This document shows positions 7,617-15,603 of a DNA stretch of 25,635 bases, piece by piece (position 1 is the stretch's first letter; every line of letters starts with the position of its first letter). Origin of the DNA: Anaerolineae bacterium (GTDB lineage: Bacteria; Chloroflexota; Anaerolineae; B4-G1); contig DATKTN010000224.1 in NCBI GenBank assembly GCA_035531135.1, positions 1-25,635 on the forward strand, read 5' to 3'. A model generated the notes under the pieces. That model did not search any database. It was given only the letters and a program-made list of their open reading frames with translations, and was not told the DNA's origin. The translations under genes were made by a program, and so were the position numbers.

Positions 7617-10166
7617 ATGTTACAGGGCAAAGGACTGTGGGCCTACCGACAGGCTGAGCTGACCCGGGCGCTCCAGATCGCTCCCCAGATGGGCGCCACC
7701 CACATTATCTTCAAGGTCGGACAGGGCTCGGAATATTACCCGGGCGTGGCGCAGGCTGCCCGCGACATCCGGGAAGCGGGCCTGGTCCCCTTCGCGTGGA
7801 CGTTCCTGCTGCTGGACGATCCCCGGCTGGAGGCCCAGGTCGCCGTGCGGGCTTTTCACGACGGCTTCCAGGGCTTTGTGTTCGATACCGAGGTGGACCT
7901 GTGTCGCAATCGCTTCGAACAGGCCACCCAACTGGGAGCGTACCTCCGCGTCGCCATGCTCGAACTGGACAAAATCTACAACTGCTCGTTCCCCAACATC
8001 TCGCAGCACCGTGACCTGCCATACGACCAGATGAACGAGTTCTGCAAAGGCGGCCTGATGCCGATGTCCTACGGCACGTACTTTGAGCCGGAGAGCACGG
8101 TTCCCCCTGAGCAGCAGGCGCAGCGCGTGATCGACGAGTGGACCTACGGGCACTATGAGTACTGGAGCCGGCGCTGGGGGTATCGCCCGCCGCTGTATCC
8201 GGTGTTGGGCCCTTACCACGACGAGTACGGTCGCGTGCGCATGAACCCCTGTGAGTTCCAGGTCTGGCTCGATCGGCTGGCGGCGCACGATCCGACGTTC
8301 TTTAGCGTCTTTACCGCCGCCGTGATCGACGACGACCTCGTGCCGCTCATCCACGCTGCTCCGTTAGGCGAGATCACCAGGGACTTGCAGATTGGCCTGA
8401 AGGTCGAAGTGGTGAGCCCGGAGGTGGGTTTTTTGAACGTTCGCCCGATCCCCTCGACCGCACGGCCTCCCATGATGCAGGTGGACGATGGGGCTGTGCT
8501 AGAGTCGCTGGAGCCGGAGGACGTCACGCGCGCGAAGGTGGGGCAGGAGGGCGAGTGGCTTCACATCCGCACTCCTGGCGGCACCCGGGGCTACGTCGCC
8601 GCCTGGCACCTGCGCGTTCACGCGGAGGCCGTCGAGGCTGGCGTGCGCGTGGAAGTGGTGAGCCCGGAGGTGGGTTTCCTGAACCTGCGCTCGAGCCCCT
8701 CGACCGCACGGCCTCCCGTCACGCGGGTGGACGATGGGACCGTGCTGGAATCGCTGGAGCCGGAGGACGTCACGCGCGCGAAGGTGGGGCAGGAGGACCA
8801 GTGGCTTCGCGTGCGCACGCCTGACGGGATCGAGGGCTACGTCGCCGCCTGGTATGTGCGGCTCCACGAGGAGGCTGAGGCCGGCGAGCCGGTGGACCAC
8901 GTGGTCGTCCACAGCGCGCTGGGGTTGAACGTGCGGCGCCGGCCGGGGACCGGCCTGCCTCCGATCTGGCACGTGGTGGACAAGACGGTGTTGGAGGTGC
9001 GCGAAGACCCGACGCAAGTGGGGGATAAACTGGGGAAGGATCAGTGGCTCCAGGTCCGTACACCCAGCCTGCGCGAGGGGTACGTGAACGGCCTGTACGT
9101 GCAGGCCAAGCAACTGGCCGACAAGCGGACGCCGGTGGACGACGCCACCTTGCCCCGTGGGGAGTGCGCCTGGATCTTTGGCATCCACGCCGCCGGCGCC
9201 ACCACCCCCGCCAACTTTCAGTTCCTGTTCCAGGGCAAGGACAAGGCCGGCTGGGTGCTCTTCACCGAGGCGATCGGCGCTGAACCTGAGCACACCGGCG
9301 GTCACGACTACACGCCGTGGTCCCACAACGGGTACGGGGTCATCGTGCGCCTCAACCATCGCTACGAGCCGGGTGGCACGCTGCCGGTTCGCGCCAAGTA
9401 CGCCGACTTTGCACGGACCTGTGCTGCCTACGTCGCGAACTCCCGCGGGTGCCACGTCTGGATCATTGGAAACGAGCAGAACAACGTGCGCGAGCATCCA
9501 GGCGGGGCAAAAGAGCCGGTCGAGCACATCACCGCGCAGATGTACGCCGAGGCGTTCAATCTGGCCCGCCGGCGGATCAAGGAGGTACAGCCCGAGGCGA
9601 TCGTCGTGCCCGGGGCGGTGGACCCCTACAATACCTATCCCTGGAAACTGTTGGGCAATCGGCGCAACCGCCCGCTGGAGTACTTTCAGGAGATGCTCGG
9701 GCACATCGATGACCTGGACGGCATCGCGCTGCACACCTACACCCACTGGATGGACGTCAGCCTGATCACGAAGCCGACCGTCTTTCAGGATCCGTTTCTC
9801 CAGCCGGGCACACCGCAGGAGCACTATTACGACTTTCAGGCCTACCGGCCCTTTGCCGAGGCGATCCCGGAAAAGTGGCGCGACCGCCCGATCTATATCA
9901 CCGAGTCCAATCACTGGGTGGCGTTGGAGCACCAGCCGCACAACCCGCAGGAGGAGGCGAGGGTGGGGTGGGTGAACAGGAACAGGGGCTGGGCCCAGGC
10001 GGCCTATGCGGAGATCGACCGCTGGAACAACACCCCTCACGCCCAGCAGATCCACTGCTTGCTGCTCTACCGATGGACGGGCGACGCCTGGGCGATTGAG
10101 CGCTTGAGGGAGATACACGAGGACTTTAAACGGGCGCTGGATCACGATTACCGCTGGCGGCGGTAG
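7617..10166 (+). CDS. Multidomain protein: GH25-like N-terminal domain, three SH3b-like domains and a C-terminal GH-A-clan TIM-barrel hydrolase domain; no signal peptide
   Basis: The N terminus has a GH25-muramidase-like pattern (GATHIIFKVGQGSEYY ... REAGLVPFAWTF). Two near-identical 82-aa repeats and a third divergent repeat look like bacterial SH3 domains. The C terminus has GH-A-clan catalytic-like motifs (WIIGNEQNN and IYITESNHW). The start is supported by the promoter and RBS, and the N terminus is not hydrophobic. Confidence 0.65.
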   Translation: MLQGKGLWAYRQAELTRALQIAPQMGATHIIFKVGQGSEYYPGVAQAARDIREAGLVPFAWTFLLLDDPRLEAQVAVRAFHDGFQGFVFDTEVDLCRNRFEQATQLGAYLRVAMLELDKIYNCSFPNISQHRDLPYDQMNEFCKGGLMPMSYGTYFEPESTVPPEQQAQRVIDEWTYGHYEYWSRRWGYRPPLYPVLGPYHDEYGRVRMNPCEFQVWLDRLAAHDPTFFSVFTAAVIDDDLVPLIHAAPLGEITRDLQIGLKVEVVSPEVGFLNVRPIPSTARPPMMQVDDGAVLESLEPEDVTRAKVGQEGEWLHIRTPGGTRGYVAAWHLRVHAEAVEAGVRVEVVSPEVGFLNLRSSPSTARPPVTRVDDGTVLESLEPEDVTRAKVGQEDQWLRVRTPDGIEGYVAAWYVRLHEEAEAGEPVDHVVVHSALGLNVRRRPGTGLPPIWHVVDKTVLEVREDPTQVGDKLGKDQWLQVRTPSLREGYVNGLYVQAKQLADKRTPVDDATLPRGECAWIFGIHAAGATTPANFQFLFQGKDKAGWVLFTEAIGAEPEHTGGHDYTPWSHNGYGVIVRLNHRYEPGGTLPVRAKYADFARTCAAYVANSRGCHVWIIGNEQNNVREHPGGAKEPVEHITAQMYAEAFNLARRRIKEVQPEAIVVPGAVDPYNTYPWKLLGNRRNRPLEYFQEMLGHIDDLDGIALHTYTHWMDVSLITKPTVFQDPFLQPGTPQEHYYDFQAYRPFAEAIPEKWRDRPIYITESNHWVALEHQPHNPQEEARVGWVNRNRGWAQAAYAEIDRWNNTPHAQQIHCLLLYRWTGDAWAIERLREIHEDFKRALDHDYRWRR
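8395..8886 (+). repeat. Intragenic tandem duplication (period 246 bp, 2 copies) encoding SH3b-like repeats
   Basis: GAAGTGGTGAGCCCGGAGGTGGGTT recurs at 8406 and 8652. The two protein repeats are about 80% identical over 82 aa, and the DNA identity is high. A third, more divergent repeat follows at about 8890-9100. Confidence 0.8.
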
Positions 10167-10197
10167 GAAGCCCCTGCCTGGGCAAGCTGTCACGGAA

Positions 10198-10216
10198 CCC
10201 CCCACTACGTGGGGGG
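10198..10216 (+). terminator. GC-rich hairpin (CCCCCCAC/GTGGGGGG) downstream of the 7617-10166 gene
   Basis: An 8-bp G/C stem 32 nt after the stop, with a weak T-tract. It is flanked by the direct repeats CCTGCCTGGGC at 10172 and 10237. Confidence 0.35.
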
Positions 10217-10298
10217 CTTGAAGAGTGGGAAGCGCCTGCCTGGGCGGGTTCCTGATCCGTCTTAATCCTGCGAATCCGTGTCCCAGCCTGAAGAGGGC

Positions 10299-10326
10299 TT
10301 GACCCCAGGGTCGATTATGGTATAAT
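10299..10326 (+). promoter_or_regulatory. Sigma70-type promoter TTGACC-16-TATAAT driving tRNA-Thr
   Basis: The -35 is at 10299-10304 and the -10 at 10321-10326. The tRNA starts 10 nt downstream. Confidence 0.7.
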
Positions 10327-10335
10327 GTCACTCGC

Positions 10336-10411
10336 GCCGGCGTAGCTCAACCGGCAGAGCAACTGACTTGTAATCAGTAGGTTATGGGTTCAAGTCCCAT
10401 CGCCGGCTCCA
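10336..10411 (+). tRNA. tRNA-Thr (anticodon UGU), CCA encoded
   Basis: Hand-folded cloverleaf. The acceptor stem is GCCGGCG/CGCCGGC. The D arm is GCTC..GAGC. The anticodon stem ACTGA/TCAGT carries the loop CTTGTAA. The T arm is ATGGG-TTCAAGT-CCCAT. The discriminator is T, followed by CCA. Confidence 0.85.
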
Positions 10412-10502
10412 GCAGTGGTTAGCTGTTTGCGGCTGGTCATTAGGCAAGTAAGAGGAAGGTTGGCTGGCTAATGGGCGTTCGCTAGCAGCCAACTGCTAGA
10501 AT

Positions 10503-10584
10503 GGGTCGGTGTCCCGAGCGGCAAAGGGGACGGACTGTAAATCCGTTGGCTCTGCCTTCGCTGGTTCGAGTCCAGCCCGGCCCA
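10503..10584 (+). tRNA. tRNA-Tyr (anticodon GUA), class II with a long variable arm
   Basis: The acceptor stem is GGGTCGG/CCGGCCC with one G-T pair. The anticodon stem ACGGA/TCCGT carries the loop CTGTAAA. A variable stem-loop and the T arm GCTGG-TTCGAGT-CCAGC follow. The discriminator is A, and CCA is not encoded. Confidence 0.8.
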
Positions 10585-10656
10585 CTAAAGCTTTTGACTG
10601 GCAGTAGCGATGCGCCAGTGGTAGGACGAATGCGCTTCTGTGAATGGAGGCTTTCG

Positions 10657-10818
10657 ATGAGTGAACTGAATCCAGAACCTGGACAAGTGCAGGCGCCACG
10701 GAAGCGGGGAAGCGGGGTGGCAATTGCGGCCATCATCGCCACCACGATCGTCCTTCTGGCGTGCATCGCGGCCAGCACGGTGATCGTGTACGGGTTCTTG
10801 CAGAACGTGCCCTGGTAG
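10657..10818 (+). CDS. Small hypothetical single-pass membrane protein (53 aa)
   Basis: GGAGG lies 6 nt before the ATG at 10657. The protein has a hydrophobic core (VAIAAIIATTIVLLACIAASTVIVYGFL). A rho-independent terminator follows it. The ORF track's longer form (start 10501) overlaps tRNA-Tyr and was rejected. Confidence 0.35.
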   Translation: MSELNPEPGQVQAPRKRGSGVAIAAIIATTIVLLACIAASTVIVYGFLQNVPW

Positions 10819-10884
10819 TAGCTGCCGAAAGCTCTGCGCTGGTGCCAGGCCTGGCCGGCGGGGCTGACGTGCCCCGACATTCTT

Positions 10885-10918
10885 GCCCCACCTCACGGTG
10901 GGGCGTTTCCTTTTCCCC
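10885..10918 (+). terminator. Rho-independent terminator (GCCCCACC-tcac-GGTGGGGC followed by GTTTCCTTTTCC)
   Basis: A perfect 8-bp GC stem with a 4-nt loop and a T-rich tail. It lies between convergent genes, the small ORF on the plus strand and the polyprenyl synthetase on the minus strand. Confidence 0.6.
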
Positions 10919-10932
10919 TTGAGCCGAACAGC

Positions 10933-11970
10933 TCACCGGTCGCGGCGGAGGAGCGCCTGCGCGAGCTCGTGGAGTGCCTGGGCGGCTGATCCATACAAGT
11001 CTGCTTCCTCGAGTGCGGCCAGCGCCTGGGCGTGGTGCTCCCCGGCCAGTTGCTCAGTGTACTCGCGACTGTTCGTCTCCTCCAGCAGGCGGGTCGCGTG
11101 GCGAACGTCGGCCGCCGAGAGCGTGCCCTGCGCCAGTAACGCGCGCAGTCCGGCGCTTCGCTCCAGGCCATGGAGGATGGGCAGCGTCTTTTTACGGCGG
11201 GCGACGTCGGCACCGACGGGTTTGCCGGTCGTGGCCGGGTCGCCCCAGATCCCCAGGACGTCGTCGCGCATCTGGAAGGCCATTCCCAGGTGGTGGCCGA
11301 ACGCGCGCAGGTTCTCGCGCCGGATGTCGGGAGCCGCGGCGATGAGCGCCCCCATCTCGCAGGCACAGGCGATCAACGCGGCGGTCTTTCCCTCGACCAT
11401 CGCCAGGTACTCGGAGACGGAGACTACGTCGCGCTCCTCGAAGCCGATGTCGAGATACTGGCCGCCGGTGAGCGCCAGGCAGGTGTGGTTGAAGAGGCGG
11501 AGCGCGGCCACGACCGTCGGGGCGGGCACGGCGCGCTCGGCGAGCCGCACCAGCGCCAGTTGGGCCAGCGCGAAAAGCGCATCCCCGGTGTTGATGCCCT
11601 GCGCTTCTCCCCACAACGCCCAGACGGCAGGGCGACCACGGCGAGTCTCGTCCCGGTCCTCGATGTCGTCGTGGATCAAGGAAAAGTTGTGCATGAACTC
11701 GATCGCGGCTCCGGCGGGCAGCGCCTGCTCCCAGTTGCGGCCGCAGGCTTCGCAGGCCAGCAGGCAGAGCACCGGCCGCACGCGCTTGCCGGTCTGGGCC
11801 TGGCCGGGGTGAAATGATGCGTCGGCCCAACCCAGGTGGTAGCGCAGCATGCCAAAGAACTCGGCGTACCGCGGGTCGGTCGTCTGGACGACCGCGCGCA
11901 TCTCTGCTTCGAGCGGGGGTAGAACGCTGTCGCGGAACGTCTCGAGTGGTGTGGCATCTCGTGCGCTCAT
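10933..11970 (-). CDS. Polyprenyl diphosphate synthase (trans-isoprenyl diphosphate synthase family, GGPP/FPP-synthase-like)
   Basis: The first aspartate-rich motif is LIHDDIEDRDETRRGRP and the second is FQMRDDVLGIWGDPATTGKPVGAD. Its start (11970) lies 4 nt from the fni stop, consistent with an operon. Confidence 0.85.
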   Translation of the reverse strand: MSARDATPLETFRDSVLPPLEAEMRAVVQTTDPRYAEFFGMLRYHLGWADASFHPGQAQTGKRVRPVLCLLACEACGRNWEQALPAGAAIEFMHNFSLIHDDIEDRDETRRGRPAVWALWGEAQGINTGDALFALAQLALVRLAERAVPAPTVVAALRLFNHTCLALTGGQYLDIGFEERDVVSVSEYLAMVEGKTAALIACACEMGALIAAAPDIRRENLRAFGHHLGMAFQMRDDVLGIWGDPATTGKPVGADVARRKKTLPILHGLERSAGLRALLAQGTLSAADVRHATRLLEETNSREYTEQLAGEHHAQALAALEEADLYGSAAQALHELAQALLRRDR

Positions 11971-11973
11971 GGG

Positions 11974-12993
11974 TCAACCTTCCTCGTGGACGGGCGTGTG
12001 CTGGAGTGCCGGGACGTCGGCGGCCCCGGCGGCGAACATGGCGACGCGCAACTGGGTCACGAGCACCGCGATGAGCTCGGTCACGGCAGCGGTGGGCTGG
12101 CTGGCGGCGCGGAGGAAGGGCCCGGCGACGCCACACGCAGTTGCGCCGAGCGCGATGGCCTTGGCGATCTGGATGCCGTCGCGAATGCCCCCGCTGGCGA
12201 TGACGGGCAACGCTGGCGCGCCCCGGCGGGCCAGCAGCAGGCTTTCGGCGGTGGGGATGCCCCAGTCGGCAAACGCCGCTGCCACCTGGCGCTGCTGCTC
12301 GGTCGTGGCCCGATGCATCTCCACCTGGCTCCACGAGCTGCCGCCAGATCCGGCGACGTCGATCGCCGCCACGCCGGCGTCCGCCAGTTGGCGTGCCACC
12401 TGCTCCGACACCCCCCAGCCGACTTCCTTGACGACGACCGGCACCTCCAGCGCCCGGCAGACCGCCTCGATTCTGGACAGCAGCCCGGCGAAGCGCGTCT
12501 CGCCCTCGGGCTGGAGTGCCTCCTGCAGCGGGTTGAGGTGCAGGATGAGCGCGTCCGCTTCGACCATCTCGACGGCGCGGCGGCAGTGCTCGGGGCCGTA
12601 GCCATAGTTCAGTTGCACCGCGCCCAGGTTGGCCAGGAGCAGGATGTCGGGGGCGACGTGGCGCACTCGGAAGGTATCCTCCAGCGCAGGGTCTTCGATG
12701 GCGGCGCGCTGCGAGCCCAGGCCCATTCCGATTCCAGCCGCCTGGGCGGCCTCCGCCAGGCATTGGTTGATCGTGCGCGCCTCCGGTGTGCCGCCCGTCA
12801 TCGAGGAGATGAGCAGGGGGGCCGCCATCCGCTTGCCCAGCAGCGTGGTGGCGGTGTCCACGTCCTCTAGGTCGCAGCCTGGCAGCGCGCAGTGGACGAA
12901 CCGGTAGCGCTCAAAGCCCGTGGAGATGTGCTTGAATTCCACGTCCTCTTGCAGATTGATGCGGATGTGGTCGGATTTGCGCGCCTGGTGCAT
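11974..12993 (-). CDS. fni: Type 2 (FMN-dependent) isopentenyl-diphosphate delta-isomerase
   Basis: The N terminus (RKSDHIRI) matches the RKDDHI signature of IDI-2. Other IDI-2 hallmarks are present ([25 protein letters not shown]). It is followed directly by the polyprenyl synthetase gene. Confidence 0.85.
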   Translation of the reverse strand: MHQARKSDHIRINLQEDVEFKHISTGFERYRFVHCALPGCDLEDVDTATTLLGKRMAAPLLISSMTGGTPEARTINQCLAEAAQAAGIGMGLGSQRAAIEDPALEDTFRVRHVAPDILLLANLGAVQLNYGYGPEHCRRAVEMVEADALILHLNPLQEALQPEGETRFAGLLSRIEAVCRALEVPVVVKEVGWGVSEQVARQLADAGVAAIDVAGSGGSSWSQVEMHRATTEQQRQVAAAFADWGIPTAESLLLARRGAPALPVIASGGIRDGIQIAKAIALGATACGVAGPFLRAASQPTAAVTELIAVLVTQLRVAMFAAGAADVPALQHTPVHEEG

Positions 12994-13044
12994 GGCTCCC
13001 TCGTAACCTGGGCCGCGAAACGGTGTTCTCTATGACAGGACCGT

Positions 13045-13073
13045 ATAATACCGGCAGTGGCGGCTGTTGTCAA
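13045..13073 (-). promoter_or_regulatory. Putative fni promoter (minus strand: TTGACA-17-TATTAT)
   Basis: On the minus strand, TTGACA is at 13073..13068 and TATTAT at 13050..13045. The -35 is one arm of the 26-bp palindrome. Confidence 0.45.
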
Positions 13074-13091
13074 CCCGCGCGGGTTGACAAA
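13066..13091. promoter_or_regulatory. 26-bp perfect palindrome GTTGTCAACCCGCGCGGGTTGACAAC shared by the divergent fni and acpP promoters
   Basis: Read directly from the sequence. Each arm supplies a TTGACA -35 hexamer to one of the two divergent promoters. It is a candidate shared operator. Confidence 0.55.
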
Positions 13092-13110
13092 CCGTCCTCT
13101 GAGGGTAAAA
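13083..13110 (+). promoter_or_regulatory. acpP promoter TTGACA-16-TAAAAT
   Basis: The -35 is at 13083-13088 and the -10 at 13105-13110. The RBS GGGAGG sits 8 nt before the ATG at 13154. Confidence 0.55.
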
Positions 13111-13153
13111 TACCGCTATCAGCAGCTTGCGAAATCAAAGGGAGGTAAATCGA

Positions 13154-13399
13154 ATGGCAGATACGTTTGAGCAAATTAAGAAGGTCATCGTTGACCTCTT
13201 GGGGGTGGAGGCGGACAAGGTCACCCGGGACGCGAGTTTCCGGGAGGACCTGGGAGCGGACTCCCTCGATCTCGTGGAACTGATCATGGAGTTCGAGGAG
13301 CGGTTCGGCGCGACGATCTCCGACGAGGAGGCCCAGCAGCTCACGACGGTGGGCCAGGTGGTGGACTATGTCGAGAAGCGCAAGGCCACTGGTGCATAG
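13154..13399 (+). CDS. acpP: Acyl carrier protein
   Basis: The 81-aa protein carries the canonical [20 protein letters not shown] phosphopantetheine-attachment motif. Start and RBS are clear. The ORF-track start at 13127 was rejected. Confidence 0.9.
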   Translation: MADTFEQIKKVIVDLLGVEADKVTRDASFREDLGADSLDLVELIMEFEERFGATISDEEAQQLTTVGQVVDYVEKRKATGA

Positions 13400-13604
13400 A
13401 TCCCACGCGGGCTGACGCAGGGGCATGGGGCTACCGGTGGACGCCGGTGGCCTTTTGCTTTGGCGCAGTTCGTGCTATACTTCCAAGGCTGCGCCCCAGC
13501 CAGAGCGGCAGATCCGGCGGGGGGGCGGAATCTGACCGTCCCTGTATCGCAACACGGGGCGTAGCACCCAGGAAGGGGACTATCTGACGCCGGAGGTAAA
13601 CGAT

Positions 13605-13802
13605 ATGGAGTGCAAAGTAGAAGAGAATCTGGCACAGTGCACCTGCACCTACGAGCCCTGCTCGCGAAAGGGCAAATGCTGCGAGTGCATCCGCTACCAC
13701 TGGCGGATGGGCGAGCTGCCAGGCTGCGTCTTCCCGCCGCAGGCGGAGCGCACCTACGACCGCTCCATCGCCCATTTCGTCCGCATCCACAGCCGGCGCT
13801 AG
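13605..13802 (+). CDS. Small conserved Cys-rich protein (65 aa), unknown function
   Basis: GGAGGT lies 7 nt before the ATG. The pattern C-x-C-x4-C-x5-CC-x-C ... H-x12-C ([22 protein letters not shown] ... PGC) suggests a metal-binding fold. I recall homologous small proteins in anaerobes but cannot verify that here. Confidence 0.5.
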   Translation: MECKVEENLAQCTCTYEPCSRKGKCCECIRYHWRMGELPGCVFPPQAERTYDRSIAHFVRIHSRR

Positions 13803-13849
13803 CGCACGTCGGCGGAAATCGGCCGCTGGTGAGGGGCTGTCGAACCTGG

Positions 13850-15511
13850 ATGTGCGTGGCGGCCATTGCCGCGCTGGTCGCCGTGACCGTTGGCCTGGCG
13901 ACTGTGCCGTCTCCCGTACGCGCGGAAATCCCAACATCGGTTGTCCCATCTTCCCCTCCCTCCCATCCCTTCCCTCCTTCCCCTCCTTTCCCTCCCTCCC
14001 CTCCCTCCCTTCCTTCCCCCCACCTGGGCTATGGCATGAACGTGCGCGACCCCGGCACCGTGGAGTCTCTGTTCGCGCCGCTGGGCTTTGAGTGGCTAAA
14101 GTTGTGGGAGGAATACGGAACGGCGGAAACCCCCACGCTCCCGCGGATCCGCTATCCCTACCAGGTCCTGTTCCTCATCGACTGTACGAAGAAATCCGAC
14201 GACCTGGATGCGTGGGGGGATGCGGTTGAGGCGATCGCGACCGCCGGCAAGGGGTTGGTCGAGGCCTACGAGATATGCAACGAGCCGAACCGGGCCGCAT
14301 GGCTGGGCACTCACGTGTCTCCTGATCAGCCGCCCGACCCGGGTCTCTACGTCGCCATGCTCCAGGTGGCCTACGAGCGCATCAAGGCGATCGATCCGGC
14401 TGCCATCGTCGTCAGCGCGGGGCTGGCGCCGGTGGGGCGTGTCCGGGGCACGTGCAACAGTTGGAGCGGCAACGACTGCAACGCGATGGACGAACGGGAG
14501 TACGCCCGCCAGATGATTCTGCTGGGTGCGGGCGACTACTTGAACGCATTCGGCTACCATCCCTACGGCTTTGCCTACGAGCCGGAGCGAGCGCTGGACG
14601 AGCTGCCGCCCGACGACGACGGCAACGGCTTCGCCTTCCGCGGCGTCGAGGTGATGCACGACCTCCTGGAGCAGCACGGCCTGGCCGACAAGCCAATCTG
14701 GGCCACGGAGTTCAGTTGGCTGCGGGAGCCACGGGAGGACGGTGGAAACGCCTGGTGGTGCCACCGGAGGGACGATTACGAGGACAACTTTGGCTGGATG
14801 GACGTGCCCGAGGCGCAGCAGGCGGACTACCTCACGCGGGCTTTTCGATACGCTGACGAGAACTGGCCCTGGATGGGCGCGATGTTCGTCTGGAACCTGG
14901 ACTGGCACGACTATGGCTGGCTATGCGACCCGGCGCGCTATTTCTCCGTATTGAAGATAGACTACACGGACTATCACCCGCTTATGGATCCCGGCGAGCT
15001 GGTTCTCTATACAGAATACTCTGCGTCTCTGTCGCGGGGACGTCCCATGCAGCGAGAGGCTGCTCTTGACGATCAGCCCGCCCCGTACACGACGACGCTG
15101 GCCTACGAGGCGCTGGCGGCGATGGAGAAGCGCCCCGCAGGCTTGGGCCCCAGACTGGCAGTGGTGCCTCCGGCTCTGAGTTTCCTGGCGGACGTGGACG
15201 AGCCAGGGCCGCTCGCGCGCGTGGTGGTGCCGCTGAACGCCGGTTTCGGCGTGTTCACCTGGACGGCGACGGTGGCGGTGGGGATGCAGGTGACGCCCAC
15301 GCTGGCGATCACGACCGGCCTCCAGGGGATGCCGCTGACGGTGACGGTGGACAGCACCGGCTACAGCACGGGCACCTTCACCGGGGTCATCTCTGTCACA
15401 AGTACGACGACCGGCGTATTGGATGCGCCGCAGGTGGTGCCGGTGACGCTGCTCGTCGTGCCGGAGGTGTATGGCGTGTACCTTCCGCTCGCGCTTCGCT
15501 CCGCACCCTGA
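13850..15511 (+). CDS. Secreted GH-A-clan (GH5-like) glycoside hydrolase with a Pro/Ser-rich linker and a C-terminal beta-sandwich-like domain
   Basis: The signal peptide is MCVAAIAALVAVTVGLATVPSPVRA. A linker PSSPPSHPFPPSPPFPPSPPSLPSP follows. The acid/base-like motif is YEICNEPN and the nucleophile-like motif IWATEFSW. The ORF track's longer form (from 13610) overlaps the Cys-rich gene in another frame and was rejected. ATG 13850 was chosen, with GTG 13856 as the alternative. Confidence 0.65.
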   Translation: MCVAAIAALVAVTVGLATVPSPVRAEIPTSVVPSSPPSHPFPPSPPFPPSPPSLPSPHLGYGMNVRDPGTVESLFAPLGFEWLKLWEEYGTAETPTLPRIRYPYQVLFLIDCTKKSDDLDAWGDAVEAIATAGKGLVEAYEICNEPNRAAWLGTHVSPDQPPDPGLYVAMLQVAYERIKAIDPAAIVVSAGLAPVGRVRGTCNSWSGNDCNAMDEREYARQMILLGAGDYLNAFGYHPYGFAYEPERALDELPPDDDGNGFAFRGVEVMHDLLEQHGLADKPIWATEFSWLREPREDGGNAWWCHRRDDYEDNFGWMDVPEAQQADYLTRAFRYADENWPWMGAMFVWNLDWHDYGWLCDPARYFSVLKIDYTDYHPLMDPGELVLYTEYSASLSRGRPMQREAALDDQPAPYTTTLAYEALAAMEKRPAGLGPRLAVVPPALSFLADVDEPGPLARVVVPLNAGFGVFTWTATVAVGMQVTPTLAITTGLQGMPLTVTVDSTGYSTGTFTGVISVTSTTTGVLDAPQVVPVTLLVVPEVYGVYLPLALRSAP

Positions 15512-15603
15512 TACAGAAGGTCGCCCCTGAAATCAGGCTTCCCTTTTCGCGGAAACTACGCTATAATGGCTGCCTCACATCCACAGCTTAGGAGTCTTCG
15601 TCT

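Noticed and set aside
8499-10331. 610-aa minus-strand ORF (plus many 60-200-aa ORFs at 7620-9765)
   Set aside because: It is antisense or out of frame to the multidomain hydrolase gene. It has R/P/G-rich composition, no RBS, and its end overlaps the tRNA-Thr promoter.
11192-12763. 523-aa minus-strand ORF rich in Arg/Pro/Gly
   Set aside because: It is an alternative frame overlapping both the polyprenyl synthetase and fni genes, which have unmistakable family motifs. It has the composition of a GC-rich shadow ORF. The same applies to the plus-strand ORFs at 10883-11812, 11849-12601 and 11986-12870.
13431-13500. Putative terminator hairpin downstream of acpP (CCGGTGGACGCCGGTGG followed by CCTTTTGCTTT)
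   Set aside because: The repeated CCGGTGG units are direct, not inverted. No convincing stem could be drawn by eye despite the T-rich tail, so it is not reported as a feature.
13610-13849. Upstream extension of the GH-A hydrolase ORF overlapping the Cys-rich gene
   Set aside because: It overlaps the small Cys-rich CDS, which has a strong RBS, in a different frame. A hydrophobic signal peptide begins at Met 13850.
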